From Dictyostelium discoideum (taxonomy: Eukaryota), in the NCBI GenBank assembly GCA_000004695.1, contig CM000154.2, positions 192,001 to 256,000 of the forward strand: DNA of 64,000 nt. The letters run 5' to 3'. Both the position numbers and the translations under genes were made by a program. Below, one piece after another: positions 25,504-38,390 of the stretch (the first letter of the stretch is position 1; every line of letters begins with the position of its first letter). The notes below the pieces were generated by a model, which ran no database searches, had not been told where the DNA came from, and saw nothing but the letters and a program-made list of their open reading frames with translations.

Positions 25504-26562
25504 TTCTTTTAATTTTTGTTTTAATAATGCCAATTTCTTTTGTTTATTAATTTGATCTAATCTAATTTGTTTTTGTTTTTCTTGTGATTCTTTTTCAATG
25601 ATAACTTTAGCTCTATTTAATTTAGTTTGTTCTTCTTCTCTTTTCATATCATCTATTTTTTGTTGTTTTTTTAATTGCTCTATATTTTCATCATCGTCAT
25701 CACTATCATCATTTAATTTATCCTCAATATTTTGTTCCCACAACTTTCGTTTATTTTCTCTTTCAATTTCTGGATGTATCATCATCATATTTTTATTATT
25801 ATTATTATTATTAATATTATTATTAATATTATTATTATTACTCATACCTGGAATTAACCTTGAGCTATGTATATTGCCATGATTATTAAAATTATTGAAA
25901 CTATCATTATAAGTATTAATATTATTTTTATTATTGTCATTATTATTATTATCAATATATTTTTGTTGAAAATCTACCAATGAGGATTTGTCATTTTCAT
26001 AATCATTTTGGTAGTTATTTGAATTGTTATTAAATTTTGATTGATCTTTATTCACTAAAATATCAATTGATTATTATTAATTTTAAATTTTTTTATTTAA
26101 GTTTATAAAGTTGTGGGTGAAGGGGGGGTCATTTTTTTAGATTGGGAAAAAAAAAAAGAAAAAGAAACTATAAATAATATTTTCACCCACTTTTTTAAAA
26201 AAAAATAAAATAATAAAAATAATAATAAGAATAACAACAACAAACTGAAACTCTAAAAAAAAAAAAAAAAAAAAAAAAAACTTACTTAGTTTATTATACA
26301 ATTTTGATTTTAAAAGTAAATTATTATAACTATTTTCAATGACTGAATCACCATCTTCAGTTTTATTAAAAGTTTCGACATCTTTTTGATTTCTTTGTGA
26401 TACTCCTCTGTTTGATTTATCACCATCATCATCATCATTATCATCAGAGAGTAATCTCATTGATTTGCTTGGTTTTGAATATGTAATACCTTTTTCTATC
26501 TGTGATTTAACTTGAGCTTCTTCATTTGAAACTACTGATTTTAATGTAAGAATCTACATTTT

Positions 26563-26605
<43 letters not shown>

Positions 26606-26716
26606 TTAATTAATTAATTTTATATTCCATTGTTTTGAAAAAAAAAAAAAAAATTTTTTTTTTTTACTTACAGAAGAAGCCGAAACACCTTCAATATCCT
26701 TTTTTGTTTTCCACAT
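25435..26716 (-). CDS. N/Q-rich coiled-coil hypothetical protein ending in polyQ; predicted 3 exons (26716..26672, 26553..26286, 26054..25435), with exon 1 weakly supported
   Basis: ORFs 25435..26055 and 26137..26460 join via donor CTA A|GTAAGT (26285) and acceptor ttttag (26056/26055); phase 1 A + TG recreates Met. A possible 15-codon first exon MWKTKKDIEGVSASS has donor TCT|GTAAGT at 26671 and acceptor tgtag at 26555/26554. Confidence 0.35.
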
Positions 26717-26844
26717 AATTTAAACTTTCTTTTTTTGCACAAAATTCAAATGTTCAATAATATTATATTTTTTAAAAATGAAATGTAGGTATTAACAGAT
26801 AACCAAAAACTCTTTTTTTAATTAAAAATTTTAAAAAAAATAAA

Positions 26845-26880
<36 letters not shown>

Positions 26881-26981
26881 AAAAAATGTGTTAATTTTTA
26901 TTTTTAGATCTTTTTTATTTTTTATTTTTTTTTTTTTCATTTTTTTTTTAATTTTTTAAAAAATTTTATTATTATTAATAT

Positions 26982-27024
<43 letters not shown>

Positions 27025-27038
27025 TATAATAAATAATA

Positions 27039-27070
<32 letters not shown>

Positions 27071-27073
<3 letters not shown>

Positions 27074-30043
27074 GAAAATAATAATTATTTTAATATTAAA
27101 TATTTAATAGAAAATAAATTTCAAGAAAATAATGAATTTTTATTTTTTAAAGTTTGGAATAATCAATATTTAAAACATTTAATATGGAAAATTATAAAAT
27201 TAGCACCTATTGAAGGTGGAGAATTTAGAATTAGTTTAACATATGAACAAATTCATAATGTTAGATTAATATCAGAATTAGAATCATGTGGTCAACTATT
27301 TAAAGAAAAACTCTCAAAAAAAGAATTCCTTTCAATACCATTAAAATTGAAAACTGATTTCTTTTATAACACATGTCAATTTCAAGTTGAATTCTTTAAA
27401 GAGTTTATAAGAAATCATAGAATTCAATTACTATCACAAAGAAATCTATTTCAATATATTATACGTGCAGGTAATCTAAATGCATTGGAAGCATTTTTAA
27501 ATGAACCGTCAACATTAATAAACAACAATAATAATAATAATAATAATAAATGGGAATTTGTTAGAGATAAAACTCAATTAGGTGATTGGGCAGTCAGAGT
27601 TGGTAATTTAAAAATTTTAAATATTTTACAAAAGAATGGAGAAAAATCATTGACATTGGGTGGCGACGACTTATTTAATAATTTAACAAATAGAAGTTCA
27701 TATGAACCTGTTGATTTAGATAATTATGCAAGTAAACAAAAATCAATTATGAATGTACTAAATTATCTATTAGATAATAATTGGATAAAGTTGGATGACT
27801 TTAATAATGTTAAACCTTTGAAAATGTATAATATATTCTCTTATAAATATGGTATTGATTATTTTGAATTTTTCGATACGATTAAACAACATTTAAAATT
27901 TAGTGATTTACAACAACCAACATCATCAACAACATCACCATTAATTCAATTTCTATCAACCAATATTTTTGATGATACTCTAACATTTAATCATGTTTGT
28001 CATCTTTTAAATATTTTCAAATTTTCAATTAATAAATTTGAATTAAGTTCAACAACTACAACAACAACATCAACAACATCATCATCATTATCATCAAATC
28101 GTATTTATAAAGGTATTGAGTTTAATAATGAAAATGAAGGAAATTCAATAATTTCAAAATGTTTAAATAAAGTTGGATCTAAATTATTAGTTAGAGAATG
28201 GTTAAATGTTGTTGTTAATTTTTTTAGTGAACAGGATAAATTTAAATATCAAGATAAAATTGGTGAATATATATTATTTTCTAGTGATGATGATGATGGT
28301 GTAAATGAATATTTACAATTTCATAAAGGTCATACTTCTCTTTATGAATATGCTTATCAATTTGGTGATATTAAATTATTAAAAAGGTTAAATAATGGTT
28401 ATAATATTACAAATACAACTATTGTTGATGACCCTCTTTTAAAATATTCAAATCCATTCTCATTTGCAAAGAATAATTATAATTTATTTTCAAAGGCATC
28501 AAATGATGATAAAAGTATAGAATTAAAGATTAATTTCATTGATTGTTTATTAGAAATTTGTAATAAAAACTATCAAATTAATATAGACAATGATAATAAT
28601 AGTAATAATAATAATAGTATATTAGAAGGTTATTATGAAATATTGTTTTCTCAAGTATTCACATTCAATAATTCAATCATTTATTCACATTTATTAAATA
28701 ATTCCAAATTTATACCAAATTTAACATTTCAATTGTTAAAGAAAATTTCAAATTTTAAATATGGTAATCCATTTGAAAATATTGAAATTATTAAATTATT
28801 ATTTGAGAATAATCAAATAGATTTTAAAAATGAAGGTTTATTATTAAAAATTTTAATTTCATTCCTTAAAGTAAAGAATATTCAAAATTTAAATTGGTTA
28901 ATTAATTATGAGATTGGTAGTGAATTTATTTTTAAAAGATCATCAATAATTTATATTGATGGAATTCAAAATCATTATGTATTTTCAATATCTTATTTAA
29001 CAAAGAATGGTTTCTCTTGTACGTTTAGTGAAATCTATAAAAAAGCACTTCAATCTGAATCGTTTGACTTTTTAAAGATTTTAGTTGAAAATAGGAATGA
29101 ATCAATTTATGATAGTTGTGGTGGTGGTGATAATAGTGGTAAAGATATTAATGAAGTTTATAAAAATATTGGTATAAATTGGTTTAGGGGTAGAGTTTAT
29201 TTTGAGTATTTAATTAATGAAAATAAATTCAATATTTTAAAAAGATTTATTTTACCATCAATCTCTGATGAACAATGGTTAAATTATTATTTTCAATCAA
29301 AACAATATTCAAAATTTTATCAACATGTTTCTGATCAATTAAATAATAATAATAGTAAATCATGTTATTTATTATTGACTCAATTTGATTCAATTTTTGA
29401 AGAATTTAGAATTGCCCCAATGGATTTCATTTTAGGATTATTAGAATTACTTTTAAATCAATTTAGTAGTGGTGGTGGTGGTAGTAATAGTAGTTGTAAT
29501 CTTAAAATTTTAACAACAGAAAAGATTATTATATTTATAATTAATGAGTTGATTAAAGGTTCACATTTACCTGCAATTAAATTAATTCATGAAAAGTATC
29601 CTCAAATTTTTAAACTTAAACGTTCAAGTAGTGGTGGTGGTATAGGTACAGGTTTAGATGATGATGATGATGAAAAACCTCAATCAGTATGGTTATATTG
29701 TGCATTGGAAACTGGTTGTTTGGAAGTATTTAATTATCTTAGATATGATTTAGCATTAGAACTTGAACTTGATAAAGATCAATCATTTGAAGTTATATTA
29801 CCAACAATTTCAAAAACTTCAAATTTCTTATTTTTTGTGTATAATGTTTTCCCAAATATCAATTATCAAAAACCAAGTAAAAATACTGAACAAGATGATC
29901 CTTGGGAATATTATAAAATTGATTGGTTTTTTAAAAATATTTTAATTAATTCTCAAAAAGAAGAAGAAGAAGAAAAAGAAGAAAAAGAAGAACAAGAAAA
30001 TAATTTTTTAAGTTATGAAGATATGGATGGGTATATTTTTTAA
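27071..30043 (+). CDS. Large (990 aa) hypothetical protein with no recognisable domain; possibly ankyrin-like helical repeats near the N-terminus
   Basis: Uninterrupted ORF from ATG 27071, with AT-rich flanks on both sides and ordinary (non-repeat) amino-acid composition. Confidence 0.5.
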
Positions 30044-30148
30044 ATTGTAATATTAAAAATAAGAAAAAAAAAAAAAAAAAATTAAATAAAAATAAAAATA
30101 AAAATAAAAATAAAAACAAAAATAAAAATAAATAAAATTCAAATTAAC

Positions 30149-30189
<41 letters not shown>

Positions 30190-30823
30190 TATCAGTTTTT
30201 ATTGTAATTCATGATGATGGTGATAATAATGATGTTGATGTTGAAAATATAAATAGAATTAAAAAAAAAAAAAAAAAAAAAAAAATATTATTATGGGGTG
30301 GGTGTTTTGTTTTTTGTTTTATTTTTTTTTTTTTTTCTATTTATATGTGTATAAAATTACATTGTGATTATTTCCAAAAAAAGAGATCTCAAATTTGCAG
30401 CTTTTAACCTATTATGATAAAACAACCCAACAAAAAAAAAAAAAAAATCAAAAAAAAAAATTTTTAATTAATTTGTTTTATTTTTATTTTTATTTTTATT
30501 TTTTTTTTTTTATTTTTGGTTTTTTTTTTTTTTTTTGTAACAACTGCGCGATAAAACACTACACTTGTGGGGCATATTAATTTTTTTATTTTTGTTTTTT
30601 TTTTTTTTTTTTAAACATTTTCTTTTTATTTATTTATTTATTTAATTTTTTTTTTTAATTTTTTTTTTTTTTTTAATAATCAAACATTTTTATTTAATTA
30701 TTTATTCATTATATATATAAATATAAATATATAAATTTAATTAATTAATTTTAAAAAAAAAAAAAATAAAAATAAAAATAAAAAAAAAAAAAAAAAAAAA
30801 AAAAAAATAAATAAATAAAAAAA

Positions 30824-31341
30824 ATGGAACATTCAACTCCACTAAATGAAGAAATTGTACATAAAAAGAATGATGAAAATTGGGTAATTGCACAAAAAAA
30901 AGTATTTACAAATTGGTGTAATATTTTTTTAAATCAACGTTCTCAAAAGATTGAAGATTTGGAAACAGATCTTTATGATGGAATTTTGTTGGGTTCTCTA
31001 TTGGAGATATTAAGTGGAAAGAATGTAATTCTTTCAAAATGTAAACAATTGAAAACTAGACTTCACTATATCAACAATTTGAATTTCTCTCTAAAGTTTA
31101 TAGGTGATGAAGGATTACGTTTAGTTGGTGTGGCATCTGAAGATATCACTGACGGGAATTTGAAATTAATCTTGGGTTTAGTTTGGACTTTAATTTTACG
31201 TTATCAAATTCAATCTATGCAAAATTCAAAATCAAGTCAACAAAATCTTCATTCCTCAACTAAACCATCTGAATTAATGTTAAATTGGGTAAAATCTCAA
31301 ATTTCTGATTATGGTCATCATATTAAAGATTTAACAACAAG
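30824..31341 (+). CDS. abpD: Interaptin exon 1: CH1 of the actin-binding domain
   Basis: ATG 30824. QKKVFTNWCNIFL...DLYDGILLGSLLEILSG...ITDGNLKLILGLVWTLILRY is a calponin-homology domain. Donor ACA AG|GTAAAT at 31342. Confidence 0.75.
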
Positions 31342-31695
31342 GTAAATTATTTAATTTTTTTAAAAATATATTTTTTTTTTTTTTCTATTTTTAAAAAAAT
31401 ACATACATACACAAATGAAAATATGGGGGGAAGGATATTTTTTTTTTTTTTTTTTGACACACTTTTTATAAATCTCTTATTTTTTATTTTTATATTTTTT
31501 TTTTATTTTTTTTAATTTTTTTTCTTTTTTTTTTTTTTTTTTTTTTTTTTTGTTTTTTTTTTTTGCCGGCTTAAATTAAAATTTTTATTTTTATTTTTAT
31601 TTTTATAATTTATAAAAAAAAAACAAAACCAAACTTTTTTGGATACTAATAATTAATCCAATTAAAATTTTTTTTTTTCATTTTCATAAAAAATT

Positions 31696-31726
<31 letters not shown>

Positions 31727-31758
31727 CAATTTTAAAAATTCATACTTATAAACTATAG

Positions 31759-34700
31759 TTTCCAAAACGGTTTATTATTTTGTGCACTAGTTCATAAATT
31801 GGTACCAGAGAAATTAGATTATAAATCTTTAAGTGAAAGTGATTCATTAGGAAATCTTACACTTGCATTTGAAGTCGCAAATAAAGAATTAGGAATTCCA
31901 TCAATTTTAGATCCACATGATATCATTACAACACCTGATGAATTATCAATTTTAACATACATTTCATTATTTCCAAAAGTTTATCAACAAACTTTAGAAC
32001 CATTAAATAATAATAATAATATTTCACCATCATTATCATCGTCATCATCATCATTATTAAATACACCAAATAAAAGAAATTCAATTCAACTTTCAAAATC
32101 AACTTCATTTGAACAACAAAATCAACAACAACAACAACAAAATTTATTATCACCAAATAGTTATAGAAATTCAATATCATTTAGTAAATCACCATCATTT
32201 GAAGGTAGTCAATCAACTGGATCATCAAGATCAATATCACCAATTTCATCACCAATTAAAAATAGTACTACTGGCAATAGTAATTTATCAAAATCAACAT
32301 CTTTTGAAAAGATAGAAGCTAGTAATACTACTAATAATAATACTATTATTATTGCAGAAGAGAGTAGAGTTATTGAAAAAATAGTCGAAAAGATAATTGA
32401 AGTTGAAAAGATAGTAGAAGTTGAAAAGATAGTAGAAGTTGAAAAGATAGTAGAAGTTGAAAAGATAGTAGAAGTTGAAAAGATTGTTAAAGTTGATGAT
32501 ATCGAAAAGCTAACAAATTTACAAGATCAATTAACTGAACAACAACAACAATATCAAGAGAAATCATTGAAATTGGTAAACTTGGAATTGGAATTACAAG
32601 AAAAGAGTAATCAACTTGTTGATAAATCTAATCAACTTTCAACAATGCAAGCAACCAATTCAGAGTTAATGGAAAAGATTGGCGGATTAATGAATGATCT
32701 AACCGATATTCCAACTCAAGATATTAAAGAGAAAGATGAGATAATTGCAAATCTAAAGATTGAGAGTGAAAAGAATTTAAAATGCTTTCAAGATGATTTC
32801 AATGCTTTACAATCTCGATACAGTCTTACCATTGAGCAAACTAGTCAATTGCAAGATAGAATTAAGCAATTAATAAATGAATTACAAGAGAGGGATGATA
32901 AATTCATTGAGTTTACAAACTCATCAAATCAATCATTGGCTGATAACCAACGTGTAATCGACCAATTAACCAATGAGAAACAATCAATAACTCTACAATT
33001 ACAAGATCAACAAGATATAAAAGAAAAGGAATTTCAATTTGAAAAACAACAATTATTAAGTCAAATTGATTCAATCACAACAAACATTCAAGAATATCAA
33101 GATAAATTCAATAATTTACAACAAGAATTCAATACTCAACAAACTTTAAATCAACAAGAAACTCATAGATTAACTCAACAATTATATCAAATAAATACAG
33201 ATTATAATGAAAAACAAACTCAATTACAATCGGAAATTAAAGATAATCAAACTATAAATGAACAATTAAATAAACAATTATCAGAAAAAGATAAAGAAAT
33301 TGAAAAACTTTCAAATCAACAAGAACAACAACAAGATGAAAAAATTAATAATCTTTTATTAGAAATTAAAGAAAAAGATTGTTTAATTGAAAGAATTAAT
33401 CAACAACTTTTAGAAAATATTGATTTAAATTCAAAATATCAACAATTACTTTTAGAATTTGAAAATTTTAAATTAAATTCATCAAAAGAAAAAGAAAATC
33501 AATTAAATGAATTACAAAGTAAACAAGATGAAAGATTTAATCAATTAAATGATGAAAAACTTGAAAAAGAAAAACAATTACAATCAATTGAAGATGAATT
33601 CAATCAATATAAACAACAACAATTAAGCTCAAATTCAAATATTGATCAACAATTACAATCTACTATTATTGAATTATCAGAATTAAAAGAACAAAAAGAA
33701 TTAAATGATTCAAAATTAATTGAAAAAGAAAAACAATTACAACAATTACAACAAGAATTTGACCAACTAAATGAAAAAAATCAAAAAGATCACCAAGATC
33801 AATTAGAATTACTTGAAAAACAATTAAAACAATTACAACAAGAATATGATCAATTAAATGAAACTAATCAATCAATTGAAAATCAATTAAATCAACAAAA
33901 TTTAATTAATAAAGAGAATTTAAATGAAAAAGAGCAAGAATTACTAAAATTACAAAATCAATTAAATCAACAAATTGAAAAGATTCAATTTGATCAACAA
34001 GAATTTTCAAAACAAAATTCAATTAATATTGAATTAGTAAATGAAAAAAATGAAAAATTAATTCAATTACAACAAGATTATGATCAATTAAAACAACAAA
34101 ATAGATCAAATGATGAAAAAGATGAAAATGATTTAATTGAAAAAGAAAATCAACTAAAGTCAATTCAAAATGAATTAAATCAATTAATTGAAAAGAATGA
34201 ATCTGATCATAAAGAACAACAATTAAAACAACAATCAATTGAAAATGATTTAATTGAAAAAGAGAATCAAATTCAACAATTACAATCACAATTAAATGAA
34301 CAAAGACAACAACAATCAAATCAGTTATCTGAGAAAGATCAACAATTGAATCAGTTAATTGAAAAGAATCAATTTGATCAAAAAGAACAACAATTAAAAC
34401 AACAATCAATTGAAAATGATTTGTTTGAAAAAGAGAATCAAATTCAACAATTGCAATCACAATTAAATGAACAAAGACAACAACAATCAAATCAGTTGTC
34501 TGAAAAAGATCAACAATTGAATCAATTAATTGAAAAGAATGAATCTGATCAAAAAGAACAACAATTAAAACAACAATCAATTGAAAATGATTTAATTGAA
34601 AAAGAGAATCAAATTCAACAATTACAATTACAATTAAATGAACAAAGACAACTACAATCTGAAGTATCAATTGATAATGATAAAATTTTAGAATTAGAAA

Positions 34701-36278
34701 AACAATTAAAACAATGTCAATCGGATTTATTGAAATTAAATGATGAAAAACAACAACAAGATAAACAATTACAAGATAAACAAATTGAATTTGATCAATT
34801 ACAATTAACTTTTAATCAATTTAAAAATGATAAAGATTCACAATTCATTCAATTACAAGATGATCAAAAACAACAATTACAATCAATCCAACAAGATTTA
34901 AATCAATTAAAACAAGAAAATCAAGAAAAAGAAAAACAACTCTCTGAAAAGGATGAAAAATTACAATCAATTCAATTTGAGAATCAAGAAAAAGAAAAAC
35001 AACTCTCTGAAAAGGATGAAAAGTTACAATCAATTCAACAAAATTTAAATCAATTAAATGATGAAAATCAAGAAAAAGTAAAACAATTTTCTGAAAAAGA
35101 CGAAAAGCTACAATCAATTCAACAAGATTTAAATCAATTAAAACAAGAAAATCAAGAAAAAGAAAAACAACTCTCTGAAAAGGATGAAAAGTTACAATCA
35201 ATTCAACAAGATTTAAATCAATTAAATGATGATCAAATTAAAAAAAATGAAAAATTAAAAGAAAAAGAAGAACAATTATTAAAATTACAACAAGACTTTA
35301 ATGATCAACAATCTCAACAATTAAAACAATTGGAAGAGAAATTATCTGAAAAAGAAAATCAATTACAACAATTAAAACAAGAGAATGAAATCAATCAATT
35401 GAATCAACAACAACAATCAAATGAAATTATTCAACAATTAAAAGATCAACTTTTAAAACAACAACAACAAGAACAACAAGAAAATAATAATGAAAAAGAA
35501 ATTGAAAGATTAATACAAGAGATTGAACAATTGAAACAACAACAAGAGATTGACCAATCGGAACTTAGTAATAAAGAGATTAAAATCCAAACTACTCAAC
35601 AAGAATTTGATCAACTCTCTCATAATAGATCAAAGGATCAATTACATTTACAACAATTACAACAAGAGTTGGATCAGTTGAAACAAAGTTTTGATGATCA
35701 AGATCACCAATTTAAGAAAGTAATTGATGAACGTTACAATCTTCAATTACAATTGGAACAATCAACTCTTTCAAATAATCAATTAGATCAATTATTAAAG
35801 GAGAAATTAAAACCATTGGAATTGGACTCCAATGAAAAACAAAAAACAATTGATGATTTACTTTCAAACATTTCAAATCTCCAAATTTCACTTCAAAATG
35901 ATAAAGATTTAATCTCTGAAAGAAATAATTCAATTAAAACTTTAGAATCACGTATTACTCAACAATTATCATTATTAGATGAAAAAGATAATTTAATTAA
36001 AGATTTACAACAACAAAAACAACAACAACAACAACCTCCAACTGCTTCATCATCACCATCATCATCACCATCATTATTATCCTCAACACCAACACCAAAA
36101 CCACAACGTCCAAATCAAATTGAAATTGATAGACTTGTAAATGAAATTGTAAATAGAAATCAAGATTTAATAAGAAAAAATAAAACCAAATTCTATAAAT
36201 TAGAAAATGGTGATTACATTGTAAATTCAATCATTTATAGATTATCTTTAGATGATGATAATGATTCTGATTTAATTG
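31759..36278 (+). CDS. abpD: Interaptin exon 2: CH2 followed by a very long Gln/Glu-rich coiled-coil rod with internal tandem repeats
   Basis: Acceptor ctatag at 31757-31758. Phase 2 (AG + T = Ser) gives ...DLTTSFQNGLLFCALVHKLVPEKLDY (CH2). The ORF-track 'M' at 31799 is TTG. Donor ATT G|GTAAAT at 36279. Confidence 0.75.
32385..32500 (+). repeat. abpD: 18-bp coding tandem repeat (EKIVEV)n, about 6 units, in interaptin
   Basis: gaaaagatagtagaagtt repeated. Confidence 0.8.
34189..34660 (+). repeat. abpD: Three near-identical 171-bp (57-aa) coding tandem repeats inside interaptin exon 2
   Basis: IEKNESDHKEQQLKQQSIENDLIEKENQIQQLQSQLNEQRQQQSNQLSEKDQQLNQL repeated three times with only a few nucleotide differences. 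Confidence 0.8.
34915..35225 (+). repeat. abpD: About four 90-bp (30-aa) coding tandem repeats (NQEKEKQLSEKDEKLQSIQQDLNQLKQE) in interaptin exon 2
   Basis: Visible periodicity; it generates the long antisense artefact ORF 34845..35201. Confidence 0.75.
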
Positions 36279-36354
36279 GTAAATATTAATATATATACAC
36301 ACATTATTAATAAATTATTTATTAACTAAATCCTATTTTTAAAATTTAATTTAG

Positions 36355-36533
36355 CACAAGAATATGAAAATGGTAATAGTACAACATTTGAGAAATCATT
36401 AAGAATTTTCCCATCAAAGAATACACGTCCAATATTCGATTGGAGAGCATTGTTCTTTATTGGTGCTGCTGTTTTAGCTATCTCTACTCTCTTTTCTTCT
36501 TCAAGACCAATCAAATATGAAAAACCAACTTAA
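36355..36533 (+). CDS. abpD: Interaptin exon 3: C-terminal membrane anchor (KASH-like), ...RALFFIGAAVLAISTLFSSSRPIKYEKPT*
   Basis: Acceptor aatttag at 36353-36354, phase 1. The three exons sum to 5217 nt, i.e. 1738 aa, which equals the length I recall for interaptin. Confidence 0.7.
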
Positions 36534-37072
36534 ACATTGGTATTTTTTTTCTTATTACTTTCTTTCCTTTTTTTTTTCAATTGTACCAAATGTATATAGA
36601 GTGAAATAATATAAAAATATAAATATAAATATAAACATATATAAAAATAATAAAATATAAAATAAAATAAAATAAAATATATAAAAAAAAAAAAAAAAAA
36701 ATGAATTTAATTTCAATAAATCTAGTTTTATTTTATTAATTATTTGTTTAGAAAAAAAAAAAAATATTATTTTTATTATTTAAATTGATTACTGAATGGA
36801 TTAATTAAAAATTATTTAAATTAATTTATAAAAATGATTATTATTATTCTTTTTAAAATGATATATAGCCTGAATCTTCACCAACTACAACAGTTTTATA
36901 TTCATGGTAAAATGAAATAAAAAACAAATAATATAATGTAACGCATGTAATTTCACTTAATGCACATAAATTATTATATTCTTTATAATTTGTACTTTGA
37001 ACTAAATAATTTAAATTTGATTAGATAAATAAAAAAAAATTAGTATTAATAAATTAATAATAATAATTATAA

Positions 37073-37450
37073 TTATAAAAACTTACATATTAATATGGCA
37101 ACTGTATATAAAACTGATAGTATAATTCTAAAGATAAATAATTTTGGTGCTAAAATATTTAAATGTAAATTATAATCTAAAGTAGTTGAAATTATAATAT
37201 AAAATAAACCAAAGATGAAATAGATGGCACTGAAAACTAAATGAACATTTCTAATATAATGTTGTGGGAATGAAATTACTCCTAATAATCCAATTGATTG
37301 AATTAATGCAATCAATAGACAAACTACTGAAAATGTTGAAACTAATGAATGTGGACTACATTTTTTAATTTGTAATCTGTTATATTGAAATTTGACAATA
37401 TATAAACCAATTGAAAGTATACTTGAAATTGCTAATCCAAATGTTGCCAT
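37073..37450 (-). CDS. Small multi-pass (4 predicted TM) membrane protein of unknown function; a further 3' exon is possible (GTAAGT overlaps the stop)
   Basis: ATG 37450: MATFGLAISSILSIGLYIV...; hydrophobic segments throughout; ...ILICKFL*. Confidence 0.35.
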   Translation of the reverse strand: MATFGLAISSILSIGLYIVKFQYNRLQIKKCSPHSLVSTFSVVCLLIALIQSIGLLGVISFPQHYIRNVHLVFSAIYFIFGLFYIIISTTLDYNLHLNILAPKLFIFRIILSVLYTVAILICKFL

Positions 37451-37540
37451 TGGTAAATATTCAATTGTATCTGAAATATATGGTACTGTATCTTGATTTT
37501 CCTTTTTATTTTATTTTTATTTCATTTTATTTTATTAGTA

Positions 37541-37573
<33 letters not shown>

Positions 37574-38045
37574 AAAAAATTGTTAAACTAATTCCTTCAC
37601 ACCTTCTCATACTCATACACTTCTCTCTCAATACAACTCATCCCTTCTCAAACTTATTCTCTCTCTCTCTAACCCCACAATCTCACTTCATCTCTCCCTC
37701 ATTATATTATTATTTTTTTTTTTTTTTGTATTTCAAAAACATACGTATGGGTTTTGTTTAAAGTATAATATATATGAAAGTATTAGTGTGAGTGGTGTAA
37801 TGGAGGCCAATAAAAAAAATAATATTTTTTTAATCATTTTGTAGTTTTAAATAAATTAAATTATTTGAATTATTTTTTGTGTGATTAAAAAGTGATGTGT
37901 GTTAGTGTGTGGTTCAAAAAAAAAAAGAAAAAAAAAAAAAAAAAAGAAAGAAAAAAAAAAATATATTAAAAAGATAAAAAAAAAAAGGGGTAAGGTTAAT
38001 TAAACGATAAGAAATTTTATTTTATTTTTTTTTTTTTTTTTTATT

Positions 38046-38085
<40 letters not shown>

Positions 38086-38144
38086 AAATGAAATTTCTAA
38101 AAGTCATTTGATCAATTCACTTTTTTTTTTAATATTACCCAAAA

Positions 38145-38191
38145 ATGTTTAGTTTAGGAAAATTGGTTAAAAAAGATGCTTTTTTTTATAG
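38145..38191 (+). CDS. mccA: Methylcrotonoyl-CoA carboxylase alpha, exon 1 (N-terminal end of the mitochondrial presequence)
   Basis: ATG 38145: MFSLGKLVKKDAFFY; donor TAT AG|GTAAAA at 38192. Confidence 0.6.
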
Positions 38192-38390
38192 GTAAAAAAA
38201 TCTTCTTTTTTTTTTTTTTTTTAAAAATAAAATAAATAATAATAATATTGTACTAACATATTAATAAAAAAAAAAAAAAAAAAAAAAAAATTTCAAAATA
38301 ACCAACACACATTAATGATGATAATAATAACAATAATGATAATTATAATAATTATAACAATTAATTAATCAAATAATTAATAATATCTAG

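Noticed and set aside
34023-35201. Long minus-strand ORFs 34023..34670 and 34845..35201, and other small ORFs inside 31926-36230
   Set aside because: Antisense to the interaptin coiled-coil tandem repeats. Q/E/K-rich sense codons give stop-free antisense frames.
36326-36514. Minus-strand 62-aa ORF
   Set aside because: Reverse complement of the interaptin terminal TM exon.
37411-37761. Plus-strand 116-aa ORF
   Set aside because: Low-complexity reading through a poly(A) run and the CT-rich block; partially antisense to the 37450 gene start.
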